Numbered from the whole stretch's first letter, positions 24,560 through 38,756 are shown. The stretch: DNA of 62,347 nucleotides, filler included, from Pirum gemmata (GCA_002812295.1; 10 parts of 10 records of this genome joined end to end with filler, not necessarily neighbours in it), one strand, 5' to 3'. Notes: a model not told the origin generated them from the letters alone. Translations and numbers: made by a program.

Positions 24560-25470
24560 TTGGAGGTAGTTGTGAATCATCTGGAGTGAGCATTGTTCAA
24601 GCGTTAGCAGGTTGGTTAGTTGTAGTATTCTTATTCTGTCGATTTGACGTACTTCTGCTAGACTATCAAGCGCATTGCCTTGTTTTAAATTTGTATTATT
24701 AATATTAATATTTCTAGTTCCTCTTTATCTTTTGGAGTCATCATGATTATTGCTATAGCTGAGTAATCTGTTATCGATCTTATTATGGACTTATAAATTC
24801 TGATTAAAGTAACTGCATAGGATTTCCAGTCAGTTCGAATATAGTTTGTTGTTGAGTTTGCCTATTATTTGCGTTAGGTCGTAGTGGTAATTGAGTTGTA
24901 TAATACATGTTCGTCTAGATATTATATTAATATTAATAGCAACCTAGTAATTTTGGGTTCCCCTATTTAATATTAATGGCAACCTAGTAATTTTGGGTTC
25001 CCTTGTTGTAGTATTTGTTGTCCGTTATATTGTAAAAATATATAAGATCAATTTTGTCATTTTGTTTTTTGATTATAAGATAATGTGTTTTGCCTGTGCT
25101 AATTTTTATTTTCCATTTCTCCATCCATTCGTAAATATTAATTTTATATTAATAATGTTAACGTTAACGTTATTATATCTAAAGCTTTTTGAGTTTGCTG
25201 CTGTGCTTGTTGTGGAGTACGGTATATATACGCCATAGAAGCAATCATCAGCCAAGAGTACCGAGCTGAAAGTGTTTTCTTATTAAACGTTGTACCATAT
25301 CTGGGAGGTCATTTATAAATATTTCATATCAATTATTGATATGTGTATTGACCCTTGTGGTACACCTGTGGTTATATAATTTGTTTTTGAGGTTGCTCCT
25401 TTATATCTGGTTTGATATTTTAATAAGTCCTGTTCTAGTCGGAACGTTGTATCGGTCAAGTTTTTGGAGT
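24560..25470 (-). mobile_element. Decayed non-LTR retrotransposon (LINE) reverse transcriptase fragment
   Basis: Minus-strand fragments in the correct order: TNYITTGVPQGS (~25349-25366), IFINDLPD, VLLADDC, QKALDI..YEWMEKWKIKISTGKTHYLII, LQYNGQQI...NPKLLG, TLIRIYKSIIRSITDY. Broken by stops and short insertions. Confidence 0.85.
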
Positions 25471-25853
25471 AATAAAATAGTAATAATATCATAATATAAA
25501 AAAATTTATAATAATATGATACTGTGATAGACTTCTGAAGTTCTGATAGCTAGCTAGCTAGTAGTAGTCGATATAATTATGATATATTATTATAATAATA
25601 TATTATATCATATCTGATAATATAATAATATAATATACTTAGACTATATGGTGTAATAATACTTCATAGGACATGATATAGGAGTGCTTTTTTTTTTGAC
25701 TTTTTTTTTTTTTTTTTTTTTTTTTTNNNNNNNNNNNNNNNNNNNNNNNNNNNNNNNNNNNNNNNNNNNNTTAATTAATTAANNNNNNNNNNNNNNNNNN
25801 NNNNNNNNNNNNNNNNNNNNNNNNNNTAATAATAATAGTAATAATTATAATAA

Positions 25854-25890
<37 letters not shown>

Positions 25891-26468
25891 TTTAAAACGT
25901 TAGTCTGGTATCATTATTAAAATATAATTATTTTTATTAAAAACATGATACTCCATAATATTTTATAGTATAATGTAAATTCACAATCCTCCATTGTGAC
26001 CGTGAGATATCATACTGGACTAATCATATTTATAAATATAATGTAATATCCATGAGACCTATAATGATAATTATATCAAGAACCCCAGGATTTTTTTTTT
26101 ACCTGGGGTTCTTGGAAATAAATATAAACCTGAGAACTACCAACATTTTTTATCATTGATATCATAGTTCCCATGTAATATAGCATACAAGTAAAGTACT
26201 AACAAGCAAAGTATATCATCATAATGAATATATATAAGTTCTCATGTAATATAGCGTACAAAAGTAAAGTATTAACAAGTAAAGTATATCATCATATGCA
26301 TGTATATTATATGTATATATGATATCAAAGGGCCGAAAGACCCCCACATCTGGTTCCATATCTATTTTTATAGACACTTTCTGCGATAAATGTGACAAAT
26401 TGTACTCAAATTGTGCGAATACTGGTATGTACTTACATATTCAAATTTTTTTAAATTATATAGTCTAG

Positions 26469-26535
26469 TAGTGCTTTTCATTTATTTTGTCACTCCGAAT
26501 ATTTATTTGGTTAGTTATAATATTTTTTAATTGAA
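26469..26535 (-). mobile_element. MITE-like family A, partial copy
   Basis: GTGCTTTTCATTTATTTTGTCACTCCGAATATTTATTTGGTTAGTTATAA is identical to the start of the 29168 copy. Another partial copy lies at ~28013-28090. Confidence 0.7.
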
Positions 26536-26679
26536 TAATTATAACTACCGTTAGCTACTAGCTAGCTAGTAGTAGCTAGTAGCTAACAAAGCTAAAGCTC
26601 TCCTGCTCTGCGCCTCTGGTATGACATACGAGAAGTTTTTCTGAAGGGTTTTTACTTACTTTTTAGTCTAAAATTTTAA

Positions 26680-26890
26680 AGGCTGGATAAAATTGCGACA
26701 AGCCATAGGAGCTCAAATCCAAAATCTTAAAGTGCTCCAGTTTAATTAAAGTACTACCAAAATTTAAGAAATATTATAAATAAGAAACTCTATTATGAAC
26801 CAATAGTTAGTTTTTAAATAATAATTTGGCTAGTTATAACTAAAGAAGTTATTTCTAGTCTACTACGGCTTTTTCCGGCTTGGCTGTTAA
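26680..26890 (-). mobile_element. MITE-like family D copy
   Basis: Reverse complement resembles 27590-27780 and 36342-36586; ends TCCGGCTTGGCTGT. Confidence 0.6.
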
Positions 26891-26957
26891 AAAAAAAAGC
26901 AGCCGCTCTTAGACTACTCAGAAGTCAGAACTACTATTATTATTTTTTTTTTTTATG

Positions 26958-26991
<34 letters not shown>

Positions 26992-27178
26992 TATCAATAG
27001 TTCGTTAGTCTATATATAGACAATATATATCAATAGGCTTCTAGCTAGCTAGCTAGCCAGCTAGCTAGTAGCCAGTCAAGAGTCTATTAGAGTAGAGAGC
27101 TCTACTCTAGACTAGCTACAGTAGCTACAGTAGCTAGCCAGTCTATGATTCATGTATACATGATAATTTACATTACCC

Positions 27179-27310
27179 AACGTTCAAATAATACGTCACG
27201 TCAAGGGTAGGTAGGTAGGTGATATTTGACCAGAAATTAACGTCGAGGGGTAGGTAGGTAGGGGTATTTGAAGCTGTATTTGACTGGAAATTAGCATTTG
27301 AACGCTCCCT
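27179..27310 (+). mobile_element. MITE-like family C copy
   Basis: CGTTCAAATAATACGTCACGTCAAGGG...GGTAGGTAGG...TTTGAACGCTCCC. Confidence 0.8.
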
Positions 27311-27589
27311 CCTTACCTTCTATAAAAGCGGGCAACAATTTTTTTTTTCTTCTTTTTTTTTTTTTCTAAATCTTACAAAATTGCCAATATTTTTATATTT
27401 TCATTGGTTATAAGTTAGTCTGTTGAGGAAGCTTTCTGATAGCTAGCTACTAGTCTAGCTAGCTAGCTCTAGCTAGTATTAGACTATACTAGCTAGCTAG
27501 TAGCTAGCTAGCCAGTATTACTACTAAAAACCCATTGACCTCGTGTAGACATGTGTAGAGTCATGACTATGAACTGTAGAAATCTTTTT

Positions 27590-27780
27590 TTTTTAGATTT
27601 CTTCCTAAATCCTTTAATTATAATTAGCCAAATTATTTTTAAAAACTAGCCATTGGTTCATAATAGAGTTTATTAGTTAAGAAAATTTCTCAAATTTTGG
27701 TAGTATTTTTATTAAAAAATTGGATTATTTTGAGATTTGCGCTCATATGGCGGATGTTGCCTTTTTATCTGGCTTTTGGT
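27590..27780 (+). mobile_element. MITE-like family D copy (internal part)
   Basis: Shares AAATTATTTTTAAAAA..GCCATTGG.TCATAATA, TTGGATTATTTTGAG and TATGGCGGATGTTGC with 36342-36586. Confidence 0.65.
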
Positions 27781-29167
27781 ATCAGATAGACTAGTTAAAT
27801 AATATTGATTAGAATAATTTTTTAAAAAGTTAGACCTCTAGCTAGCTAGCTAGCGATTATAACAGGTCTAACTAACGGACTAGCTAGTAGAGAAAGGTCC
27901 TCAGTAACAGTTATTATATATAGTTGATTATAGTGGGGTTATAAGTTAATGATTTGATTGTAGTTCGGATTTTAAAAATTTTTGTACTTTTCATAACAAT
28001 ACCATAGATTATAAAATTAAATAAAATGGATTTTTATATTTTATTAATTTGGTACTCTTTATTGTATATTTTATAATGACAAAACAACTGGGGGGGTAGT
28101 GTTTTATTTATAAAAAGGTTTCTAGCTATGCTAAACTGACAACCTTGTAAACTATTATCTTTTTCTCTTCTAATGCATTATGGCTACTACTACTAGCTAC
28201 CAGCTATAGCTAGAGCCTAGCTAGACTCTATAGGCATTTTATAGGCATTATTTATCGATATGATATATTATGATATGATATAAAAAAAAGAAATCACGGC
28301 CACCTAAATTTTATGATACTAAATTTTAGGTGGCCAACATTGCCAACATTGCTATGATAATACTGGCCATGGTGAACTCTACACTCATATAGTCTGCCTA
28401 GCTAGTATAGTCTGCTCTGAATAGCCTCCATAGACTATCGTGTAGAGTCTGTGATAGTTAGGCTGTAGTCTAGAGAGTCTACAGACCACAGTCTGATGTT
28501 ACACTACTATTACTGGCGAGAGTAGCTACTAGCTAATAGGTTTATTAGCTATGATACTAGCTAGAGCTAGCTAGTAGAGGTAAGCAGCTTCTATCGATAG
28601 CTAGCTAGCTAGCTAGTAGTAAGCTTAGAGAAGCCACCTGTCGTTTGAGTATGCTTATGATAGCTAGCCAGTAGCACTGTAGCAAGAAACTCAGGGTGTG
28701 TAGAGTCTAAGACTAGCTAGCTAGCTAGCTGTTAGTGGTTAGGTACTCATGAACGTGAACTATCCTACGATAAGTTGATAACTAAAGTTGATTATTCCTA
28801 ACGATAATCAAAATTATCAAATCTAATCCTTTTTTAGCCATAAAAAAAGGATAAAAAAAGGATATAGGCATCATATGATTCATATCAGCTGCATCATATT
28901 ATCCATATAGCTATCGATAGAAGTATTACTCTAGCTAAGCTACTAGAGAAAAAGGATATAATTATGATATATCTGATAATGCATTTATCATAATACCGGT
29001 ATCGATATATCATGATATTTATCAGATATCATATGATATATAAATCGTACACACTACTAGCTAGCTTTTAACAGTAGACCGGGGTCTGCGTCTGAATATG
29101 TATAGAGTGTATAAAGTAGACCGGGGTCTACCGTCTATGCATATGAAGTAGACCGGGGTCTATTCAA

Positions 29168-29354
29168 TTGTGCTTTTCATTTATTTTGTCACTCCGAATA
29201 TTTATTTGGTTAGTTATAATATTTAAGTTGAAATTTTTAAATGAATAAATAGATAATAAAATATACCAAATTAAATGAAAAGAATTTATATTATATTAAT
29301 TTGGTCCTCTTTATTATAATTATTTTATGATGACAAAACAACTGAAAAGCACGA
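29168..29354 (-). mobile_element. MITE-like family A copy
   Basis: Both TIRs present (GTGCTTTTCA / TGAAAAGCAC); reverse orientation relative to the 15479 copy. Confidence 0.8.
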
Positions 29355-29577
29355 TATTATGAACCCATAGGCGACCAGAGTCTAGCTACTACTAGCTAGC
29401 TAGTACTAGCTATGTATGATAGCTACTAGTCTTCTACTAGCTAGCTAGCTATCGATATCATACTATCCGATAGCTAGCTAGCTAGCTAGCTATCAGATAT
29501 CATAGTAGCAGTCTCTCTAGCTAGCTACTACTAGTAGCACTCTAGCTAGAGTAGCTATGATAGCTAGCTAGCTAGTA

Positions 29578-29773
29578 TCGTGTTTTTCAATAGTGTTGTC
29601 CAGTTCAAAAACTGAAATAAACTTACCAAATTATTATTATGGGTTAAACTATCGGACATGTTTTGATTAATTTGGTATTTTATACTTAATGTTGTATTTA
29701 TAAAAAAGTTCAATTATACACTTAAACAGTACCAAATTAAAGATTGAGAGGACAACTGTAATGAAATAGATGA
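29578..29773 (+). mobile_element. MITE-like family B copy
   Basis: Ends TCGTGTTTTTCA / TGAAATAGATGA; core AAGTTCAATTATACACTTAAACAGTACCAAATTAAAGAT shared with the 41064 and 45948 copies. Confidence 0.75.
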
Positions 29774-31326
29774 CATCATAAATGCTCCATAAAAATACTT
29801 CACACAGTCTTCACACATTGTCATAATAATATTATGATATACGGTCATATACCCTCCATATAAAAACACTTCATAGACTAGTAGACTAGACTATCATACA
29901 TCTATCATCTCTAGCCTAGCTCCTCTAGCAGGTTTAGTCTATTAGTAGGTTTAGTTATTAGACTCCTCTGTATGAGTATGAGTGAATGAGTCACACAGTA
30001 TGACTCTATAGACTTATTATTATCAATATAAATATCAGATATGGATAGTCAGTCTATCATATATCATGCACTTTGATAGTACTAGCTAGTTAGTGACTAG
30101 AGTACAACTACTACAGTAGAACTAGTCTAGTCTAGAATAAGTTCCTAGTGACTAGCGGTCATAATATTATCGATATCCAAGAACACAGAAAAAAAAACTA
30201 TTTCCTGGGTTCTTGTATTAACATGAAAGTAGTATGATATATTACACATCATGTATGAATATAATGATGTATTATATAATTATATATAATACATCATTAT
30301 GATGTATATGCAATATTATATATATCGATATTGGCTGTATATAATATTATAAAATCATAATATTAATATATTTTATGTATATATAAAGAGAAAGTATAAA
30401 ATATATAATAATATTATATGTTTTCTTTGCTAATGTCAGTGAATCCGAATGTCCAGCAATTAACGATTCCTTCTATTATTTTTTAAATAAAGATGTTACT
30501 AATATATTAATGCTTTAGAGTACTTTAGGTGGTTCAGCCAAATGTAACGTCACTTTTGGAAAAGGGGCTGTTCGTGGTATATTTAGCATATTGATCGTTA
30601 AGTAAATATGAATATCAAAACCACTTGATTATAAACTCATACACGTGAGACAAAGATTAATATTGTATTTGATATATTATGCATATCAAGACTACTTGAC
30701 TATGAACTCATACACTTTAGACTTGAGACAACCAGCTGCCATCAAGTTCCTAGCTAGCTATGATAATATCATACTATTAGTAGTAGCTAGCTAGCTATCA
30801 TAGCTAGAGCTTTCTACCACCAAGTGCAGTTGTAGTGACTCTGTACAGAGTCTACAAACTATCGTATGATATAAATTCATATAATAGTTAGTAGTAAGAG
30901 TACGACCAAGCTCAGAACTTCAGGCTAGCTAGTAGTTAGTAGAAGGAACTTCACTCAGTCCAGAGTGGGTTGGAGGACCAGAGTCCCACTCCAGAGAGAC
31001 TTGAGAGAGCGACTGCCGTCAACTATATATATAGAAAAGGTGTGCCGTCGAGCGAATCAGTACGAACCCTGTAGTCCTACGATAGCCATGACTTAGACTC
31101 ATGACTTCTCCATTGAATCTCCAACCATCAATCAGACTGAGTCATTTCTGATTCATTTTTGGTTCATTCGATTCCGCAGTGCTTCTTCTCATTGGGGCAT
31201 TCTTTTTATAGATTTGACAAGATTTTTTTTTTGTTGCATCATTTTTATTCACATTACCCTCCAGCCTCCTAACTCTAGCTAAGCTCTAAGTCTCTTTACC
31301 CCTAGCTAGCTAGCTAGCTCTAGCTA

Positions 31327-31468
31327 GTCAAGGGGTAGGTACTAGATAGGTAGGTAGGTAGACTGTAGGTAGGTGGTATTTGACCGGAAATTAAAGTCGA
31401 GGGGTAGGCAGGTAGGGTGTGTTTGACCGGAAATTGGCGTTAAGTAGGTAGTATTTGAACCCTCCCTA
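31327..31468 (+). mobile_element. MITE-like family C copy with internal micro-insertions
   Basis: GGTATTTGACCGGAAATTAA.GTCGAGGGGTAGG...TATTTGAACCCTCCC. Confidence 0.75.
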
Positions 31469-33122
31469 GTTAGAGTAGCTAAATCTTTACCCTACTTAGA
31501 TAGTATGAATCTGTATGATAACACTATCATAGCTAGCTCTAGACTCTAGCTAGAGTAGAGAGTAGAGCAATGAATCCTATGATGCTTTTCCCCACCTTTA
31601 GTTAGACTTCTACCATAGACTACCAAGTTTCTATCGATAGCTAGTATCAGATAGTGTTTCTATTCATATTCATTTTTTTTTTTTTTTTTAATTTTTAATT
31701 TTTTAAAAAGGTCGGTCCAAAAACAACCCTATAATAATTGGGAAATTCTTGAAACCCCGTTTCTACGGGGCTCCTTTTGTGAGAGAGACGCTGATCTTCC
31801 AGTGGGTGGACTTCGATTGTTAGACGTTGATAATCGGCTAGTCCTACCTGAGNNNNNNNNNNNNNNNNNNNNNNNNNNNNNNNNNNNNNNNNNNNNTTAA
31901 TTAATTAANNNNNNNNNNNNNNNNNNNNNNNNNNNNNNNNNNNNNNNNNNNNTTTTGGTTTTTTGGTTTTTTTTTTTGGTTTTTTTCAAGTTTTTTTTTA
32001 CTTTGGTTTTCAGATTTCTTCTTGGAAATCCTGATGACATTTTCGGCTTAATTATTATTATTTATAAAATAACTCAGGTAAGAAAATAATCGAACTCAAA
32101 AGTACTCAAATATTGGTGAGGGGCTTTTTTGATGGATTTTTGGATTTTTCGACACCAAATTTCAGAACTATTTCAGACCAGATTTTAAAATTTTTTTTTG
32201 TAAAAGACTGACTCTTTCTCCTAACCCTTCAGTAGTGTTTTTAGTTTTCTGTGTTCTAACCCATATTATCGATACATTAATATTAATAAACGTTAACGGA
32301 TTATTTATAAATACCAGCTTAAATAATTCTAATCCTACCCGGTACACCCTAATTCCAAACCAACAATTTTTTAAAACTCTTAACTCTTTTATTAATTAAA
32401 AAAGTTCGTTGAAATTTTATGGTATGTGGTCGTTAGTAAAAATTTGCTTTTTGTCATACTATATGTGGATGATAGAAGTATGATAGAGCTCGAGGATATA
32501 TTGATAGAAGTGTCGTTTGATATAATATAGCTCTAGCTACTAGACCCCCAAGGTCTAGTGACTTGGAGTTTGAAAATGGTTTGTAATGTTAATATAATGT
32601 ACTATATAGTTGTAGTGGTGCTTCAATTGATTGCTAATTTTGTTTATAAATATAATTCATTTTTGATATTTAACCAATAAAAAAGAAATAGAATCAAAAT
32701 ACATATCAAAATTATTATTTATAAACACGTTTTAGTTTTTTAGTGAGTCTCTTGTGAGGGGAGGTGACTGGATCAGCTATGGACTGGATATGATATGGAA
32801 TTATGGATACTACTACTACTACTACTATTGATACTACTATTTTAAATTATGAACTAGTAGTATCTCTGATAGCTATCGATAGCTAGCTAGGCTAGTAGTA
32901 GCTATTGATAGGTACAAAAAATAGGCCCAAAAAAATAAAATAAACTGCAAAATTTCCTTCACAAGGCCCGGTGAGGGGCACCGCTACTATCATATGTCTA
33001 GCTAGTCTACTTTTTTTTTTTTGCGTTTTGCGTTGTTTTTGAAACTTGAACTCCTTGGTTTTTTGCGTTTTTTTTAGTTTCGCAATTTTTTCGGGAATTT
33101 GCAATTGGCTGGTGTAATTAAT

Positions 33123-33260
33123 TAGGGGCGTTCAACAAAAACGTGATCGCAAAGGGTCTTTTTTAGTAAAAAATGAATCAAACTTTAATAAAAATGGGTA
33201 GGTAAAAAAGTGGATGGGTTCGTTTTTACTGCGATAATATATGACGTTCTTGTTGAACAT
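33123..33260. mobile_element. MITE-like element with TIRs related to family C
   Basis: GGGGCGTTCAACAAAAACGT ... ACGTTCTTGTTGAAC inverted ends, internal GGGTAGGT; single copy here. Confidence 0.5.
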
Positions 33261-33369
33261 AAAATAAGACTAGTTGGTGTTCAACTTCAAGAGGTTTCCG
33301 ACTGGTCCACAGAAACTTCAAAACTCCCACAAAAAAACAAACTCTTTTTATGGGGTCCAAATGCAATCA

Positions 33370-33431
<62 letters not shown>

Positions 33432-36341
33432 AAGAAAAAAAAAAAAAGAAAATCAAAAATCAAAAAATAAAAAACAAACAAAAAAAGAAGACACATTTTT
33501 TTTTTGACTGTTGACATCTCAAAGTGCACATCCTGATCAATAACATGTAAAATAACAATAACAATAACAATAACATCAATTATTATTAATAATAACAATA
33601 ACTTAAACAGTACTAATACATATGACAACAACAATCACAATTACAAATAATAATAATAATAATAATATAACAATAACAATAACAGTAACAATAACAATAT
33701 TTTAATAACATGTACATGTACAATATAATTATATAATAACAATACCAATAATAATAATAATATTTTAATAATTATTAAATGTATTATAATACATAATGGT
33801 ATAACTAATATATACATAATACTAATAATAGCCAGAGTAAAAATAAAAAATTTATAATTTTAAGAATTCGAATATCATATTAATATTAATATATATATAT
33901 AATATAGTAAAAATATTAACACATTTTATGTTGCAGTTGCTGTCAATTGCAATTCTATATTAATACTGTTCTTGCTAATAATAATTATAATATTTTAATA
34001 TTTTAATGATTTTGCTGAATCATTCGTTGCAAAAATGAGTTGATGATAGGCATTTAAGTAAATATTCGAAGGAAATTCAAATTTATTAAAACATGTAATT
34101 AAAATTAACGTTTGTACATATATAAATTTTAATTTTTAGTTAATTATATAGTATGGATTATGATACTACTTCATGCATAGACTGTGTTCTTGACTAACTC
34201 AGTGGTAAGTAAAGTAATGAGGTAACGTATCGGGTAGTGTTATGATACATTGGACTATATATCATGATAGCTAGCTCTCTACTACAAGCCACTTGGTGAT
34301 AAATCTTAGAGAGTAATTATGATAAATTAGTATGGTAGTATTTTTATCCGATTTATATCTTATGGTCATATTATTATCATATGATAATAAAATCAAATGA
34401 TTGCTACCTGCTAGAGTTGATTCCTAGCTAGCTAGCTAGTCAGTTGTAGCTAGTCAGAGTCTAGTCAGACTAAGCTATAGACTAGTAGCTAGCTAGTAGC
34501 TGGCTAGCTAGAGGAGCTAGCTAGACCCCCGTCTACCCCCGTCTACTATCAGAGAATGATGTCATACTCCTATCCACAGTAGACGGGGGAGTACTAGTCT
34601 ACCCCCTGGAGTAAACCACCTGGGGGGTCTATGAGGGTCTTGCGACTTGTGACTCTTGCCTAGTAGCATTGTAAAATTGTAATATTAAGTGACATCATCT
34701 ATGTCGGTTATAATGTATAAATCACGTGACCTAACTATATATAGCTATACATATATATATATATACCGGTATATATAATTATTTATCGATAGAGCCGGGT
34801 CTAGCTAGTAGAGAATAATAATTATGATAATTATTATGTGAATCCGAACTTCCGACTTCCGAAGGCCAATGTTTTTCTATATTAGAATATTTAAACTTAT
34901 ATGTTATCTTTATGTGTTATATTTAGTAATTATTAAGTCTTTTTTTTAAAAAAATGGCGACATCATACTATAAAAAAAAAAAAAAAAAAAAAGTTTGTTT
35001 CTACTCTCACATTGAAATGATTGAATCATTTTTGGCATTATTGATATATTATATTATCCTACTATCGATAACTAGGTATATAATCCCTCGAAATTATTCT
35101 CGAAATTATTATATATCGATATTTTTTATTATTAATAATTGATATATGTTTATGTCGACGTTATAATAGGATATAATGTGATACTTATTATAATATTAAT
35201 TAAGTAACATAATATATACTAATTAATAATATTATTATTAAAGAACGATATAATTGTAACTTATAATTACTAGTACTAGTAGTACTATTGTACATGTTTT
35301 TTTTACTTTATATTATGATATACAAAAAAAAACATTGAAACTATATAATATACATAGCTAACATTGTTATTACTAATGTTATACGATAATTTTTAAAATA
35401 TTGTTAATATAATATTATCTTCGAGTTCATAGCACAAATTATTTTTGTTTTTGTTGTTGTTGTTGTTGTTAGTGTTGTTGTTGTATTTATTTATAATTTA
35501 CCGTTATTATTGCTATTTTTCAATAAATAATAATAAAATTGATTATAATATGAATATAATATTATATATTATTTATAAATTATATTAATATTATTTTAAT
35601 TGCGAATGTTCTACATGATTCTGGTTTTTTTTTTTTTTTGTTAGTTTATCGATACTTTTATCCAAAATGGAAAGTAGTCTAAAGAAAAAAGAATCATACC
35701 TAGTAATGTGTTAATTTTAACGTTATATGAGTGGCTGAATAGTATTTCAGTCAAAGGGATTCGAATAAAATTCAGTTTATGTATGCAGCCAGCATGAACG
35801 ATAATAATAATAATTATATTATTATACTTTTTTTTTTTTACAGCCAAAAATTGGAATCAATTATTCTATTCCGGGAACTAGTTGTATAGTATGACATATT
35901 ACATGTCACTGTAACCAGAGCTCTTTATTAGCCTCTCTGCTTCTAAAGCTGGTCGACTAACATGTAGTACAGTTATAAATTAATTTCACACTCCTTCAAC
36001 TTTTTACTCTACTAGTACTACTGGCTAGTAGTAGTAGTGTGGTGGAATAAATTGCAATAGTGAGAATATTGATTATAACTATATGTATAATATCTATGTA
36101 TGTTTAAAATTTGTGATTATCATAATTAATTAAATATCATTATATAATATTAATTAATACAAAATTATTACTGTAAACATGGAATGATTTATATATAATT
36201 ATGATGCTTCAAACACATCATTTTGATTAGGGGGATAAGCTATGATACCACACAGCAATGTTGGTTGGAGCTTGAGGGAGGTTTATTTTATTTACGATAT
36301 ATTTTTTAATAATAAAAATAATTAAATATATATTTTTTTTA

Positions 36342-36586
36342 ACAGCTAAGCCGGATAATACTGTAGATTTTTTTTTTTTTTAGACTTCGTTTCTAAAAAC
36401 CTTTAATCCTATCTTGCTAAATTATTTTTAAAAATTCGCCATTGGATCATAATAAATTTTTATTAGTTAAATTATTTCTCAAATGTTGGTAGTACGGTCA
36501 TTAAAATTGGATTATTTTGAGTTTTTTTAAAAGATTTTTAAGCTAGTATGGCGGATGTTGCAATAATTTTCATCCGGCTTGGCTGT
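36342..36586 (+). mobile_element. MITE-like family D, full copy
   Basis: TIRs ACAGCTAAGCCGGAT / ATCCGGCTTGGCTGT flanked by T and A runs. Confidence 0.7.
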
Positions 36587-38067
36587 AAAAAAAAAATAAA
36601 AAAATAAAATGATAAAAAAAAAAAAAATAAAAAAAAAAAAAAAAAAAAAAAACGAGGGGGGTTGTTTTACTTTTTTGATTTGTTGTGGAGCAAATAATAG
36701 TTGAATTGTGCTTGTCCAGTTTTGGGTTTGGTGGGTTTTTTCAGCCAGTAATGTAACTAACACTTATTTGTAAAAATATTCAAACAAATGGTGAGTAGCC
36801 TACGAATAAAAACCAAAACAAAATAAAAAAACAAAACAAAAACCAGAAAAAAGATATCATTGAGCAATAACACCCATAACAAACAACAAACAACCACAAC
36901 TCAACCATCAGTAATAATATTATTATTATAATTACAATAATAATAATAATAATAATAATAATAGTAATAATAACAATAACTATAAATAATAATGAAACAA
37001 CAACAACTAACTACAGGAACAAACAGAAAAATTTGATAATCTATAATTGTTTATCATAAGTATAATGTTATAACAATACTATTATGCAAAGTACAGTATT
37101 TTTTTTTTAAAAAATATATATATTATATGATTATCGTAGATTATAATATTATCATAATATTATTATACTAAAAATAATTATCATTTTTTTATTTTTTTAT
37201 TTTTTTATTTTTTTCTGGTATCATATGATAATAAAGTATAATAATATAGTATAATATGGTATAGTATACCGGTATATATGTGTAAATATATTTACCATAC
37301 CAAATATAATAATATTGTTACAAATATAGGTTTATGTAAAATGATTTTTTTCATTTTTTTTTTCAAAATAATGATATGTAAGAAATATAACTGGATTAAA
37401 ACGAATTGAGTTCCACTTTGGCCAATAAAATGGTTCGATAAAACTAGAAACAACAACTCTTGAAACCAAAATAGACTAATAAGCCAAAATAATTTACTAA
37501 AAGCTTATATAATAGCTAAAAGCTCTAGAGAGTAAAAGCTAATCTAGCTAGCCTAGTTCCACTATCTTATTATCATACTGTCATTTTTTGTTTTTACAAG
37601 AACTTTTTAGAGAAACTATTAGGCACATCCCAAATAATAATAATAATAATAATTATAATAATTATAATAATTATAATAATGATAATAATGATAATAATGA
37701 TGATAATGATAATAATGATGATAATGATAATGATAATTATAATAATAATAATAATCTCTAACCAGTCCTAACCTAACCCAACTATCAAACCCAACAGCCT
37801 GATAAGGACCCTAACGCAAACCCAATCTTAATTTATAACCCTAACTATTCTAATAATTAATTACCTTAATTATTAAGCTAACTAATAATAATAATAATAA
37901 CATTAATATTAATATAATAATAATAACATTAATATTAATATAATAATAACAATTATAATTAATAATANNNNNNNNNNNNNNNNNNNNNNNNNNNNNNNNN
38001 NNNNNNNNNNNTTAATTAATTAANNNNNNNNNNNNNNNNNNNNNNNNNNNNNNNNNNNNNNNNNNNN

Positions 38068-38288
38068 GATATCTATTGGAACTATTTTCGAACAGACGCT
38101 TATCGAGCCAACCTTAGTTCCGTGTTTCTTACTAATAATAGCAGTTAAATAACTTAAAAAAGTAGTTTTTATTATGATAGATACCAAAAAAAGTAATAAA
38201 TTAACATTAATAGTAATAAAACCATAAAAATCGGAAAAGTTCCAGCAGCTGTTCGGTAATAGTAAAATGACGTCATCTCACCCCTACT
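38068..38288 (+). mobile_element. MITE-like family E copy (left end cut by contig edge)
   Basis: Closely similar to 38477-38715; ends GACGTCATCTCACCCCTAC. Confidence 0.75.
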
Positions 38289-38476
38289 CCAATAGATAGG
38301 CTTTAAAATTTTTTTTTAATCAAAATGTTGATCCAATAAAAAAAATAATCCCCAAATTTGGCTATATGCTTCAAATTTTCAATATCATAAAAAAAAAATA
38401 AAAAAAAAAGCCAATTTTTTTTTCATAGTATTACATAAGTATTGCATAGATATTATGATATTGCATATTGTAGTAG

Positions 38477-38715
38477 TAGGGGTGAGATATCTACTGGAAC
38501 TTTTTTCGAACAGATGCTTATCGAGCCAACCTTAGTTCCGTGTTTCTTACTAATAATAACAGTTAAATAGCTTAACATAGTAAATCTAATTATAATAGGT
38601 ACCAATTAAAGTAATAATATTTACATCAATAGTAATAAAACCATAAAATCGGCAGTAAATCGGAAAAGTTCTGGCAGCTGTTCGGTAATAATAAAACGAC
38701 GTCATCTCACCCCTA
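38477..38715 (+). mobile_element. MITE-like family E, full copy
   Basis: TIRs TAGGGGTGAGA / TCTCACCCCTA. TATTGTAG on both flanks (38466-38473, 38717-38724) is a possible TSD. An end fragment also lies at ~60228-60257. Confidence 0.8.
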
Positions 38716-38756
38716 CTATTGTAGAGTGTATTGTGCACTTCGACTATATAGAATGC

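Noticed and set aside
30420..30610. GC-richer coding-looking patch
   Set aside because: Stops in the best frames on both strands and no recognisable motif.
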